Below, in pieces: positions 26,747 through 35,306 of a DNA stretch of 64,000 nt (within the stretch, counting starts at the first letter, position 1; each line of letters opens with the position of its first letter). Both the position numbers and the translations under genes were made by a program. Origin of the DNA: a virus; the IMG/VR virus record IMGVR_UViG_3300042446_002028, positions 8,785 through 72,784 of that record; one strand, 5' to 3'. The notes under the pieces were generated by a model, which was not told where the DNA came from, searched no databases, and saw only the letters and a program-made list of their open reading frames with translations.

Positions 26747-26947
26747 AAGTGACACCATAATTTATCCAGCTTACAGGTGCCTTAGTTGTCCCCGACAAAT
26801 GTCAGGTTAGGAATAATCATTTCGTCCTCACGAGGTCGGGCTGATAAACCCAGACGTTATTCCTATACGTCTATGTACGTTCCCATACGGTTGTCAAACC
26901 GTTTCTCATCATATTGGGCATATTATTCGACGACTAAACGAATCGTG

Positions 26948-27033
26948 CGGAGAGAGTAGGATTCGAACCCACGGTTCCTTTCAGAACTTCGGTTTTCAAG
27001 ACCGACGCGATAGACCAACTCTGCCATCTCTCC
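26948..27033 (-). tRNA. tRNA-Ser(UGA), class II
   Basis: Acceptor stem GGAGAGA/UCUCUCC. Anticodon arm UCGGU-CUUGAAA-ACCGA reads UGA, with a long variable arm, in the cloverleaf folded by hand. Confidence 0.8.
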
Positions 27034-27132
27034 AAATTATCACATCAAACAGACATTCTACTCCCAGCTCCGAGGAATTGTATCTAACTTAGCCCATCTC
27101 ACCGCTGTATGGGTACCTGAAGATATGATTTG

Positions 27133-27206
27133 CGGACTGTACGGGACTCGAACCCGTGAACTCTACCGTGACAGGGTAGCATGATAACCAACTTCACCAA
27201 CAATCC
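27133..27206 (-). tRNA. tRNA-Asp(GUC)
   Basis: Acceptor stem GGAUUGU/ACAGUCC. Anticodon arm CUACC-CUGUCAC-GGUAG reads GUC in the cloverleaf folded by hand. T-arm ACGGGUUCGAGUCCCGU. Confidence 0.75.
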
Positions 27207-27525
27207 GAAATTGATTCTAACTCACCTTAAGTTGCACCATCCGAGTCATAGCTTTGGTTGACAAAGTCCTCGTTGAGTTAGTATCAAAAAAAAATAACAA
27301 GTTTTTCGCACCCATTCGTACATCATAACCAACATATCCCTACGTTGGTGGCTACACTTTCGTCATTGGGGTAATTATTCCCGACTTGTAGTAACTCTAC
27401 TCTCACCGCTATAATACCGCGAATCAAGGCGGGTGTTGAGATTTATAGACAGTGGGGTTTCACCACCGTCGTCACCTGTTATACAAATATAAATTAAATT
27501 TTTTAAAATTCAAAATACATTTTTG

Positions 27526-27593
27526 TTGCGGGGCCAGGAGTCGAACCTGGAACACTCGGCTTATGAGACCGGTGGGAAACCATTCTCCCCGCA
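27526..27593 (-). tRNA. Short (68 nt) tRNA-like element with a CAU anticodon loop (Met/Ile2/initiator-like; D-arm reduced)
   Basis: Acceptor stem UGCGGGG/CCCCGCA. Loop CUCAUAA. T-arm CCAGGUUCGACUCCUGG. The D region is only about 12 nt. Confidence 0.45.
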
Positions 27594-27595
27594 AT

Positions 27596-27673
27596 ATGGG
27601 GTGATTGACGAGATTCGAACTCGCTTTATTCTAGCGCCACAAGCTAGTGCTCTACCATACGAGCATCAATCAC
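27596..27673 (-). tRNA. tRNA-His(GUG), with CCA encoded
   Basis: Acceptor stem GUGAUUG/CAAUCAC, discriminator C73, then CCA. Anticodon arm CUAGC-UUGUGGC-GCUAG reads GUG in the cloverleaf folded by hand. Confidence 0.8.
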
Positions 27674-27675
27674 AG

Positions 27676-27746
27676 AGTCAGGTATTGGATTCGAACCAAT
27701 GTACGAGGTTTTGCAGACCTCTGCCTAGCCACTCGGCCAACCTGAC
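27676..27746 (-). tRNA. tRNA-Cys(GCA)
   Basis: Acceptor stem GUCAGGU/ACCUGAC, discriminator U73. Anticodon arm GAGGU-CUGCAAA-ACCUC reads GCA in the cloverleaf folded by hand. It lies 2 nt from tRNA-His. Confidence 0.75.
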
Positions 27747-27750
27747 TAAT

Positions 27751-27795
27751 TACTTCCGACTTTGGCGGTGTTTTACTTCCGACTTTGGCGGTGTT
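27751..27795. repeat. Tandem direct repeat, 2 x about 22 bp (tacttccgactttggcggtgtt)
   Basis: The sequence tacttccgactttggcggtgtt-t-tacttccgactttggcggtgtt is readable directly, between tRNA-Cys and tRNA-Arg. Confidence 0.8.
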
Positions 27796-27848
27796 GTTCA
27801 CTTTTGTTCTCTGTTCACGAACCGTGAACAAGCAACTTTTGTGAACAT
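27796..27848. promoter_or_regulatory. Cluster of GTTCAC/GTGAAC half-sites including a perfect palindrome GTTCACGaacCGTGAAC: candidate operator or processing site within tRNA array 2
   Basis: The sequence tgttcacttttgttctctgttcacgaaccgtgaacaagcaacttttgtgaaca carries gttcac twice and gtgaac twice in inverted arrangement. Confidence 0.35.
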
Positions 27849-27850
27849 CG

Positions 27851-27922
27851 AGGTCTCTAAAGGATTCGAACCTTTACCAAAACATCCGTAGTGTTTCATG
27901 CTATCCGTTACACCAAAAGACC
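27851..27922 (-). tRNA. tRNA-Arg(ACG)
   Basis: Acceptor stem GGUCUUU/AGAGACC. Anticodon arm AAACA-CUACGGA-UGUUU reads ACG in the cloverleaf folded by hand. Confidence 0.8.
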
Positions 27923-27929
27923 TTATTTG

Positions 27930-28000
27930 CACGGGTAGAGAGATTCGAACTCCCATCGAGGGTTTTGGAGACCCGTATGCTGCCGTTGCACCATACCCGC
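27930..28000 (-). tRNA. tRNA-Trp(CCA)
   Basis: Acceptor stem GCGGGUA/UACCCGU (G1-U72), discriminator G. Anticodon loop CUCCAAA reads CCA in the cloverleaf folded by hand. Confidence 0.75.
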
Positions 28001-28005
28001 GTGTG

Positions 28006-28079
28006 TGACCCCGAATGGACTCGAACCATTGACTCCCTCATTAAAAGTGAGGTGCTCTAACCAACTGAGCTACGAGGTC
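28006..28079 (-). tRNA. tRNA-Lys(UUU)
   Basis: Acceptor stem GACCUCG/CGGGGUC. D-arm GCUCAGUUGGUUAGAGC. Anticodon arm CCUCA-CUUUUAA-UGAGG reads UUU in the cloverleaf folded by hand. Confidence 0.8.
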
Positions 28080-28084
28080 ATTTG

Positions 28085-28157
28085 TGGAGATAGTTGGTTA
28101 CGATCCAACTCCTCTGGATTTTCAGTCCAGTGCTTCTACCAAGTTAGCTTCATCTCC
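28085..28157 (-). tRNA. tRNA-Phe(GAA)
   Basis: Acceptor stem GGAGAUG/UAUCUCC. Anticodon arm CUGGA-CUGAAAA-UCCAG reads GAA in the cloverleaf folded by hand. The T-loop is AUCGUAA. Confidence 0.75.
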
Positions 28158-28162
28158 TTATG

Positions 28163-28235
28163 TTCTTAGGGGTAGATTCGAACTACCAACCTCCTCGGTA
28201 TCAGCGAGGTACTCTCACCATTGAGTTACCTAAGA
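28163..28235 (-). tRNA. tRNA-Ile(GAU)
   Basis: Acceptor stem UCUUAGG/CCUAAGA. Anticodon arm CCUCG-CUGAUAC-CGAGG reads GAU in the cloverleaf folded by hand. Confidence 0.8.
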
Positions 28236-28240
28236 ATGTG

Positions 28241-28312
28241 TGGACACGTAGGGAATCGAACCCTTTCACTCTGATTGCAAATCAGGTGGTCTGCCATTGA
28301 CATCCGGCCCAT
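28241..28312 (-). tRNA. tRNA-like element, possibly tRNA-Ala(UGC); acceptor pairing not resolved
   Basis: T-arm AAGGGUUCGAUUCCCUA and a hairpin CCUGA-UUUGCAA-UCAGA (anticodon UGC) are present. I could not pair a 7-bp acceptor stem by eye. Confidence 0.3.
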
Positions 28313-28622
28313 TTATATTGTGCCAAATCGTTAATTTTTTGACACTTTTGGCTGAGTATAAAAAATTATAACCAGCCAAAACTCATATAAAACAAAAAAC
28401 CCCGAGATTTTGTCCCGAGGTTTTCTAATATTTTAAGTTAAACTTTTATTTAACCGACATCAGTATCATCGAGACATATGGACATAGCGCGCTCATCCGC
28501 CCATTTTGAGCAGATAATAAACGACATTGTATGTTTTTGTTGTCTCATTGAATTTGTTTAATGTTTAAATCTTTTTGCAAAGATACTAATAAGTATTCGT
28601 AAAATAAAGAAAAGTTTAAAAA

Positions 28623-29405
28623 TTACTCACCCCAGTGGTTTTTTCTTAATTCATACATATCAATTGGTTCGCGTTTCATATGTCCACCTTTTGAGAAATT
28701 AGCGCCTTTTTTAAGATAACCACCTAAGAAGTTTCTTCTCATTCTATTTGAGTTATTTGCTTCTGATCCGTGAACACAATGCGAGTGCAGTAACACCACT
28801 TGACCTTTTCTTAAGTAACCTTCCACCTTACGGAAGTCGTGTCCTTCAGGCATTACACATGGTTTACCTCTTTCATTACTCCAAAACGCTGGGTTTGTTT
28901 TTGTTCGTTCCTCATCCACCTCAATTGGTAATACTGGTAAACGATGAGAACCCTCATAGTTCCACACAGCACCATTTTCTGGGTCATGATTATCTAATGC
29001 TAATGCAGTGTTAATAATTTCGTTATGACCACATTTTGTATAAAACGCATTTTGATGTTGGTCTCTACCTAATTGTCCTGGCGGTTTAAAATAACACCAA
29101 CTTTGCATACCCTGGATTTCACCTTCCATTAAAAACTCCACGGCTTCCAATACTTTAGGGTGCGCAAATAGTTTCGCCAATTTATCTGAAAGTTTATGCG
29201 GATAAGCAAATGGGTCCCACTCGCCCCATGTTTTACCGTCTGGCGCTTCGGTACCGGTTCTTTCGTTTCTTAACCTATTCAATTCCTCGTTTATTTCATC
29301 ACATTCATTCTCGGTTAATAACTCTAAAACAGTAAATCCGCGATGTCTCCAGTCAAATGTAATTTGCTGGACTTCTAAGTCACTAAGATGTTTAAAATTT
29401 GACAT
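28623..29405 (-). CDS. Phytanoyl-CoA dioxygenase (PhyH)-family 2OG-Fe(II) oxygenase
   Basis: A 260 aa ORF starting at ATG 29403-29405 (MSNFKHLSD...). The listed start at 29462 is an upstream alternative start. Confidence 0.5.
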   Translation of the reverse strand: MSNFKHLSDLEVQQITFDWRHRGFTVLELLTENECDEINEELNRLRNERTGTEAPDGKTWGEWDPFAYPHKLSDKLAKLFAHPKVLEAVEFLMEGEIQGMQSWCYFKPPGQLGRDQHQNAFYTKCGHNEIINTALALDNHDPENGAVWNYEGSHRLPVLPIEVDEERTKTNPAFWSNERGKPCVMPEGHDFRKVEGYLRKGQVVLLHSHCVHGSEANNSNRMRRNFLGGYLKKGANFSKGGHMKREPIDMYELRKNHWGE

Positions 29406-29588
29406 ATCTCTATTTTTTATTAAAGGTAAAACGATTTTTATAAAATGTAAAGCAAAAACCAAATAATGTGTAAAGTATTCCCAATAAGGTCTGATAAGGG
29501 GTGTTAAACATATATTATATTATGACATATTTCGGGCAATTTTCCGGCAATATATATACCTAAGTTGCCTTGCCGAGTATTTATTGAT

Positions 29589-30128
29589 ATGAAATATAAT
29601 TCCGGCAGTTTGTATGTATCGATACTACCATTATTGTGCCTTTTTTTGTTATTAATCCCGTTTACGGATAATAGAACGCCACAACAAAAAAATGTATATG
29701 TAGCTAGTGTTGAAAACAAAATTAAAATAGGTCGATTAACGGCTAATAAAAACTTGGCATTTGGATGTAAAAACATTTTCCAAGAAATCTTACAAGATAA
29801 AGATTTTGCGATTGTTGAGTCGTTAGAAAACGCTGATTATGTTTTGAATGTTGAAATTTTGTTTTTTGATGTAAACAGAACAAAAAGAAACATTTCAGTA
29901 TTCCATTCGGACGTTGAGGAAACTCTAGTAACTATGAGGGGTACACTAAGTGATAAAAATGGTAAAAAAATAAAAGAAGCGGTCGCAGAGGAATCTAGCA
30001 CCGAAATATCAACATCAACTTTAATAACTGATGAGGGTAGTGGTAAAATAAATCAACAAGCACTTTCTTCCGCCACTAAGAAAACTTGTGAAACATTAAT
30101 TAATAAATTATTAACAACTAAAAAATGA
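29589..30128 (+). CDS. Secreted/lipoprotein-like hypothetical protein
   Basis: ATG at 29589 gives MKYNSGSLYVSILPLLCLFLLL, a signal-like N-terminus. The listed start at 29565 is an upstream alternative start. Confidence 0.45.
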   Translation: MKYNSGSLYVSILPLLCLFLLLIPFTDNRTPQQKNVYVASVENKIKIGRLTANKNLAFGCKNIFQEILQDKDFAIVESLENADYVLNVEILFFDVNRTKRNISVFHSDVEETLVTMRGTLSDKNGKKIKEAVAEESSTEISTSTLITDEGSGKINQQALSSATKKTCETLINKLLTTKK

Positions 30129-31777
30129 AAAAACTATTATTTATCGGCATTTTCCTATTAGTCGCTATTACATCTTTTGGTCAATTAACAATCAGTCAAT
30201 CATTAACCCCAGCAACAAATTTAAAGGTTGGTGATACTATTACTGTTAAGTATACATTAACAAAGGGAACAGTAATTAAGAACCCTCGTTATCTTTGGTT
30301 TAGATATCAACACAACAATAAAGCATTGACATATGTTTCAACAGTATTTAATCAAGGAACATCGGCACAAACATTCTACACAGGTTGGAATAATTATAAA
30401 TTCACACCAAATAGTGGTGCAAGTGATAACGATTTGAATGTTCAATATGGTTTAACTCCTTGGGGTTATTCAGTAAATGCTGATTGGAACGCTGGGCAGT
30501 TGACAGTTCAAAGAGCTGACCAATCTATTAATGGATTAATTGCAACACAAAAATATGTGTTAAAAGATCAGAACACCTATAATAACATTTTCAGAATAGA
30601 TTTAGCCACAGGTACCGATACCACCGGCGCTAATGTTGGTACAATATATAGTGGTGGTTGGTCATCTTTAACGGGTGTTGTTGGTAACACATCACAATTT
30701 AAGGTTAAAGTATTGTTTCCACAGGGTTACATCATTACTGACCATAACGTTCAGTTAATGAAATTGAAATCAGATGGTAGCGGAGATATTGATTGGACAC
30801 AACAACCTATTGCACAATTACCATTAGATGCTAGTGGTGAAGTGTTATTTACCACACAAGTTAAAGTGGGTGATTCTGTTGGTGTATTTGTTAGCCCCGC
30901 AATGACTAAAGCATGGATGAATAACATTGTAACGGTATCTGATGCTTATAAAGCATTCTTGGGGCATTCACAAACAGATATTAGTGGAACCGCAAATTAT
31001 TTTACATTACCAGCATTAGAAAAGAAAGTTGGTAAGGTTACACTTAACACAAACGCATTTGGTGAAGCAGATTCATACGCTTTATTTGCACATGTAATGG
31101 GACAAAACATGTCAACAACCGCAATGATTCCAACCAATACTTCAACATCCGTAAGGTGGTATAGTGGATTATTAAATCAGAGCTGGTTAGATGGCGTGGT
31201 TAAGAATAGGGTATTAATTGATACTCCAATAAAAGAAGTTCACGCAGTATTTGCCTGGGGTGGCGACTTAAACTGGTCACATTCATCAGATCCGTCGGTG
31301 ATTGCTAGTAGAATAAGTTCTGGAATATACACTAACTCAATAAATGGTGAGGTAAATGCGTTGAAAACCATGAGTATATCAACACAAATGGCATATCAAA
31401 CAGCAGCAGTTGAAACGGCTAAATTGGGAGTATCTTCAGCATTAGAAAATGGTAAAGTTGTATTAACAACCACATTAACAAAAGCAGAATTGGCGGGTTT
31501 ACAGGTAATTATGAATTATGATGAATCTAAATTAACATTAGACAACATAATATTTGATGCGGGCTCTAGTGTTACTAACTTTTCAACACACGAAAATGGT
31601 AGATTAACATTTGGTTCTATGGATCAATTAAAAAGTGCTAGAATTAAAGTTGGTACTCCGTACAAATTAATTTTCACACCAAAAACAACTTTAACAAATA
31701 CCGCCGGTTTATTCTACTTTGTTTTATCTGATGCTGTTGACGCGAAAGGAAATAAAGTTGATTTAATCGTTGAGTAA
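30125..31777 (+). CDS. Secreted beta-rich protein with a C-terminal cohesin-like domain
   Basis: Signal peptide MKKLLFIGIFLLVAITSFGQ. The C-terminus ...LQVIMNYDESKLTLDNIIFDAGSS...RLTFGS...YKLIFTPK resembles a cohesin beta-sandwich (F.L.YD..L motif). It is paralogous to the C-terminus of the next gene. Confidence 0.5.
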   Translation: MKKLLFIGIFLLVAITSFGQLTISQSLTPATNLKVGDTITVKYTLTKGTVIKNPRYLWFRYQHNNKALTYVSTVFNQGTSAQTFYTGWNNYKFTPNSGASDNDLNVQYGLTPWGYSVNADWNAGQLTVQRADQSINGLIATQKYVLKDQNTYNNIFRIDLATGTDTTGANVGTIYSGGWSSLTGVVGNTSQFKVKVLFPQGYIITDHNVQLMKLKSDGSGDIDWTQQPIAQLPLDASGEVLFTTQVKVGDSVGVFVSPAMTKAWMNNIVTVSDAYKAFLGHSQTDISGTANYFTLPALEKKVGKVTLNTNAFGEADSYALFAHVMGQNMSTTAMIPTNTSTSVRWYSGLLNQSWLDGVVKNRVLIDTPIKEVHAVFAWGGDLNWSHSSDPSVIASRISSGIYTNSINGEVNALKTMSISTQMAYQTAAVETAKLGVSSALENGKVVLTTTLTKAELAGLQVIMNYDESKLTLDNIIFDAGSSVTNFSTHENGRLTFGSMDQLKSARIKVGTPYKLIFTPKTTLTNTAGLFYFVLSDAVDAKGNKVDLIVE

Positions 31778-31778
31778 T

Positions 31779-34067
31779 ATGAAAAAATTATTAGTAATAT
31801 ATTTTTTACTAATTTCAGTTTTAGGGTTCGGACAGAGTGTATCTGCTCCGGACTCTAAATCATTTATACCATCCACAACAGCACAAGATGGAAGTGGATT
31901 CCAATTAAGTGGATTTAGTGCAACATCAACTTTGTTAGCATCAATCAGTTTAATAAATCCATCAACAAATACAACATTTTATCTAACCACAACAACAGGT
32001 TTAACCGCCGCAAGTGGATTTACTTTGACGGGTAATAAAACTCGTTTGGTGGTAACGGGAACGATGGTTAATATCAATAGTGCATTAGCGTCTCTAAAAA
32101 TAAACACAGGTTCAGTTGTTGGTAATGTTCAACTATCGGTGGCAGCAACTGTAAATCCAGTTGGATATTTTTACAATGGAGTAAACGGACACTTTTATAG
32201 ACCAATATCAATTGGCACAACATACACTGGAGCAAGAGCTGCGTCATTATTAACCACATTCAAAGGACAGACGGGATATTTGGTAACAATAACATCGGCA
32301 TCAGAAAATGCTTTTATATTTTCTAATGTACCGCAAGCTAATATATGGTTTGCGGCAACCGATGAAGTTAAAGATGGTACTTGGGTAATTGATGCGGGAC
32401 CTGAAAAAGGTACAGTAATGAAAACCTCAAATGGGCAAACTGCGGGAAATATTCCCGGCGTTTATAATAACTGGGCATCAGGTGAACCAAACGGTAATAA
32501 TGGTAGTGAAAACTATGCAGTAACTAACTGGAATAGTCAACCAACTTGGAACGATTTATCAAATAATTGGAATAACCCGTACATAATCGAATACGGAACT
32601 TGGACTAACCCTGATGATGCTACTTTTACTGAATTCTATACAAATAGTGTAACTCACTCAAATGGAGAAGTATTAAGAGCATCGTTCAATATTGATTTTG
32701 GAACTAATATAGATGAAACTAAATTCACCGCAAAAGGATATACATTTACAAATAACAATTGGAATGTAGTAAATGGAACTGCTAGACAATTGAGTGGATT
32801 AGGTAAAGTTGATTTAACAAGTTTGTTGGATACTGCAAAAGTTTCAAATGGTGGGATTAAAGCAACAACATCCGCAGGGCAAGTTGAGTGGGCAATAATA
32901 AATCCATATGATGCAAATTTAGGCGGACATCAATTATTAATAGACGAAAGAGAATTTGATGGGACAGGGGTGTCCCCAAACAATATAACATCAATTAAAT
33001 TATTTGACATATACGATGGACCAGTTAGTATTCATAGTGTAGGTGGTTTTTGGAAAACGTATGTAATGCCGGGTAATTTAACAACCAAAATAACTTCATC
33101 AACATTTCAATCTCAATTAAGATTACAAGATGGTTGGTATGGAACTAAGGCAGAATTTAGTTTCTCACCAGTAATAGTATATAAACCACACGGAATAGAA
33201 CTATCCCATTCAAATCAAACGGAACTAAACACATTATATAGTAATATAGTAGGCGTATCCGATGTATATTTGGCATTTAAAGAATTGGCAGATAAAGGTA
33301 TATTGGGTAATCAAAGTGGATTAGGATTAACAAATGGTATTCAGTATTTGAATGCAGATGTGGATGGTAATGGTATATTCAATGAAGCGGACACATACAA
33401 ACTATTACAACATCTAACTGGGGTTCAATCACTTTCACAATCCACTGCATTAACGTATTTGATGAAATTATATAATAAATCGGATTATGATGCTATAACA
33501 ACAAGCAACTGGGGGACACAATTTAATTCATCTCGTAATTTAATTCCATTTACGCTAGGTAGTTTAAACAACACATACAATATAAGTGTAACTTGGTTGG
33601 GTGATGTAAACCTTTCACATTCTGCACAACAAAGTGTAAGTAGTGTTACAAGTAATTCCATAAGAAGTATGAGTTTGATGACAAATTCAGTTTCGAACCA
33701 AATCAACGCATATCTAATGGGTGAAAATGTTGGTGGTAAGTTAATTGTAACGATTTCGGTAGACCCTTTACAACAAGAATTAGTTGGCACACAATTCAAT
33801 TTAAACTATGATAATACCGCTCTAAAATTTGAAAAGGTAGAATTCACCACAAAGGGAACACCTACCAATTTTGGAACTGATAGAGGTACATATGTAACAT
33901 TGGGTTCATTGATAACTGACGGCTCAACTACATTGGATAAAACAACTGAATATAAAGTAACATTCTTACCATCAATAGGATTAAATGGTATTTTGGGATT
34001 AACATCAATATCAAATACTGATGCTGTTAATAAAAACGGATTTCAATTAAAAGTAAAAATAAACTGA
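31779..34067 (+). CDS. Secreted multidomain protein: C-type-lectin-like domain, dockerin-like Ca-binding repeat and C-terminal cohesin-like domain
   Basis: Signal peptide MKKLLVIYFLLISVLGFGQ. The segment YNNWASGEPNGNNGSENYAVTNWNSQPTWNDLSNNW matches the CTLD WxxGEPN...WND signature. DVDGNGIFNEADTYKLLQHLTG matches the type-I dockerin repeat DxDGNGxxNxxDxxxLxxxLxG. The C-terminus contains FNLNYDNTALKFEKVEF. The listed start at 31770 is a TTG. Confidence 0.55.
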   Translation: MKKLLVIYFLLISVLGFGQSVSAPDSKSFIPSTTAQDGSGFQLSGFSATSTLLASISLINPSTNTTFYLTTTTGLTAASGFTLTGNKTRLVVTGTMVNINSALASLKINTGSVVGNVQLSVAATVNPVGYFYNGVNGHFYRPISIGTTYTGARAASLLTTFKGQTGYLVTITSASENAFIFSNVPQANIWFAATDEVKDGTWVIDAGPEKGTVMKTSNGQTAGNIPGVYNNWASGEPNGNNGSENYAVTNWNSQPTWNDLSNNWNNPYIIEYGTWTNPDDATFTEFYTNSVTHSNGEVLRASFNIDFGTNIDETKFTAKGYTFTNNNWNVVNGTARQLSGLGKVDLTSLLDTAKVSNGGIKATTSAGQVEWAIINPYDANLGGHQLLIDEREFDGTGVSPNNITSIKLFDIYDGPVSIHSVGGFWKTYVMPGNLTTKITSSTFQSQLRLQDGWYGTKAEFSFSPVIVYKPHGIELSHSNQTELNTLYSNIVGVSDVYLAFKELADKGILGNQSGLGLTNGIQYLNADVDGNGIFNEADTYKLLQHLTGVQSLSQSTALTYLMKLYNKSDYDAITTSNWGTQFNSSRNLIPFTLGSLNNTYNISVTWLGDVNLSHSAQQSVSSVTSNSIRSMSLMTNSVSNQINAYLMGENVGGKLIVTISVDPLQQELVGTQFNLNYDNTALKFEKVEFTTKGTPTNFGTDRGTYVTLGSLITDGSTTLDKTTEYKVTFLPSIGLNGILGLTSISNTDAVNKNGFQLKVKIN

Positions 34068-34960
34068 TGAAAAAACTAATAATAATTCTGTCACTAATTT
34101 CGATAACATTTGTTACAAACGCACAAATTGTAAAACCAGATACATTACAACTATCGGCAAAAGAACTATTTGGAGAAAGTGATGATTGGAACGATGTGGG
34201 TATATTACAATCGTATGTTAATTTTTCAAAAGATGTACTTTCGTCGTCAAACCTTTCAGTAGGTGTAATAGGAAAGCAAGTGTCTACTACTCTTAATTTG
34301 GGGTATCATAAATCATCTATGAGCGGACAATGGGGACATACATATGCGGCATCCATAAATCCTATATGGAATTATTATGGCGTGGGATATGGCCTCAGTA
34401 GAAATTCAGAAAAAAGAACAACTACAATACAAACATTTTACTCAACCGATTTTGATTTTCAAAAAGATATCACCCTATCGTTTATTGATGTGTTTAGATC
34501 TAAGAAGTGGGGCACATTTGGTTATAGTTTAACCGCATCAAAATCTTTTTGGGGGACTTACCAAGGTGAGTGGGAAGGGAAATATACGGTTGATGAAAAT
34601 GGCGATTTTAAAGATTTAATATATCCAATGATACCGGCATCAAGTGAAATAAGTTATAGAGGTATGGTGATGTACACATATACATTGAAAACAAAGAGAG
34701 TAAACATTTCACCACAAATATTCGCAATGAGTGATATCTATAAAGTATTTAAAGACGGAACGGCTTCAGATTTAGCATATCTAAATGATTTCAATTTGGA
34801 TTTGTATTATGGAACATCTATTGACTGGAAGATAACTAAAAGATTTGTGTTAAATACTAATATAAGATATAACACAACTTGGGATAAATTAAGTGAATCA
34901 GTTGGTTATAAAAAGAGTAACCCAATAATGTTTATGATAGGAACAAACTTTCAATTCTAA
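34067..34960 (+). CDS. Outer-membrane beta-barrel-like protein (signal peptide, C-terminal Phe)
   Basis: N-terminus MKKLIIILSLISITFVTNAQ. Alternating amphipathic strands. It ends ...MIGTNFQF. Confidence 0.45.
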   Translation: MKKLIIILSLISITFVTNAQIVKPDTLQLSAKELFGESDDWNDVGILQSYVNFSKDVLSSSNLSVGVIGKQVSTTLNLGYHKSSMSGQWGHTYAASINPIWNYYGVGYGLSRNSEKRTTTIQTFYSTDFDFQKDITLSFIDVFRSKKWGTFGYSLTASKSFWGTYQGEWEGKYTVDENGDFKDLIYPMIPASSEISYRGMVMYTYTLKTKRVNISPQIFAMSDIYKVFKDGTASDLAYLNDFNLDLYYGTSIDWKITKRFVLNTNIRYNTTWDKLSESVGYKKSNPIMFMIGTNFQF

Positions 34961-35301
34961 TGAAGAAGATAATATTAATATCATTGATTTTATTAGCTGG
35001 ATGCACAAAAGTGGAGATACCAACACCAGATATTCCGGTTGAAAAGATATTCAATGTGGATGAAAGTAAGGTAACAAATGGTCAATCAATATATTTCGAT
35101 TTACCCTCATCCGGAACCTATATGTTAACCTTAATTGATGCAACAACGAATCAAGTAATTAGCCGAGAAAAATTTATTGGGCAAAATGGTGAAAATATTA
35201 AGAAGATTTACACCAATTCTTTACCTAAAGGATATTTATATCTAGTACTTGAGGATGTAGATAAAAACCAATTAAAAAAGACAAAAATAATTATAAACTA
35301 A
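34960..35301 (+). CDS. Lipoprotein with a T9SS C-terminal-domain-like beta-sandwich
   Basis: Lipobox LLAGC. The C-terminus SGTYMLTLIDATTNQVISREKF...NSLPKGYLYLVLEDVDKNQLKKTKIIIN matches the Por-secretion CTD pattern (..YDv.G..v....g....i...LpkGvY.v.v.....kkiiv). Confidence 0.45.
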   Translation: MKKIILISLILLAGCTKVEIPTPDIPVEKIFNVDESKVTNGQSIYFDLPSSGTYMLTLIDATTNQVISREKFIGQNGENIKKIYTNSLPKGYLYLVLEDVDKNQLKKTKIIIN

Positions 35302-35306
35302 AATTA

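Noticed and set aside
26586-26798. 70-aa reverse-strand ORF overlapping tRNA-Glu
   Set aside because: It overlaps a confident tRNA. The upstream real gene, 26294-26596, has its own start.
26750-26945. Hammerhead-ribozyme-like fragment (reverse strand reads ...CUCGUGAGGACGAAAUG...) in the gap between tRNA-Glu and tRNA-Ser
   Set aside because: Only the stem-II/GAAA portion resembles the classic hammerhead. The CUGAUGA box and a cleavage-site helix are absent, so I treat it as coincidental. The gap itself is still noted as a possible small RNA.
27751-27795. CRISPR array
   Set aside because: There are only two repeat copies with a 1-nt spacer. There is no repeat-spacer periodicity and no cas genes.
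27523-27891. 122-aa forward-strand ORF across tRNA array 2
   Set aside because: It reads antisense through five tRNA genes and the repeat and palindrome region. It is not plausible as a gene.
28390-28420. Apparent hairpin ccccgagattttgtcccgagg
   Set aside because: The two arms are direct repeats, not inverted, so they cannot form a terminator stem.
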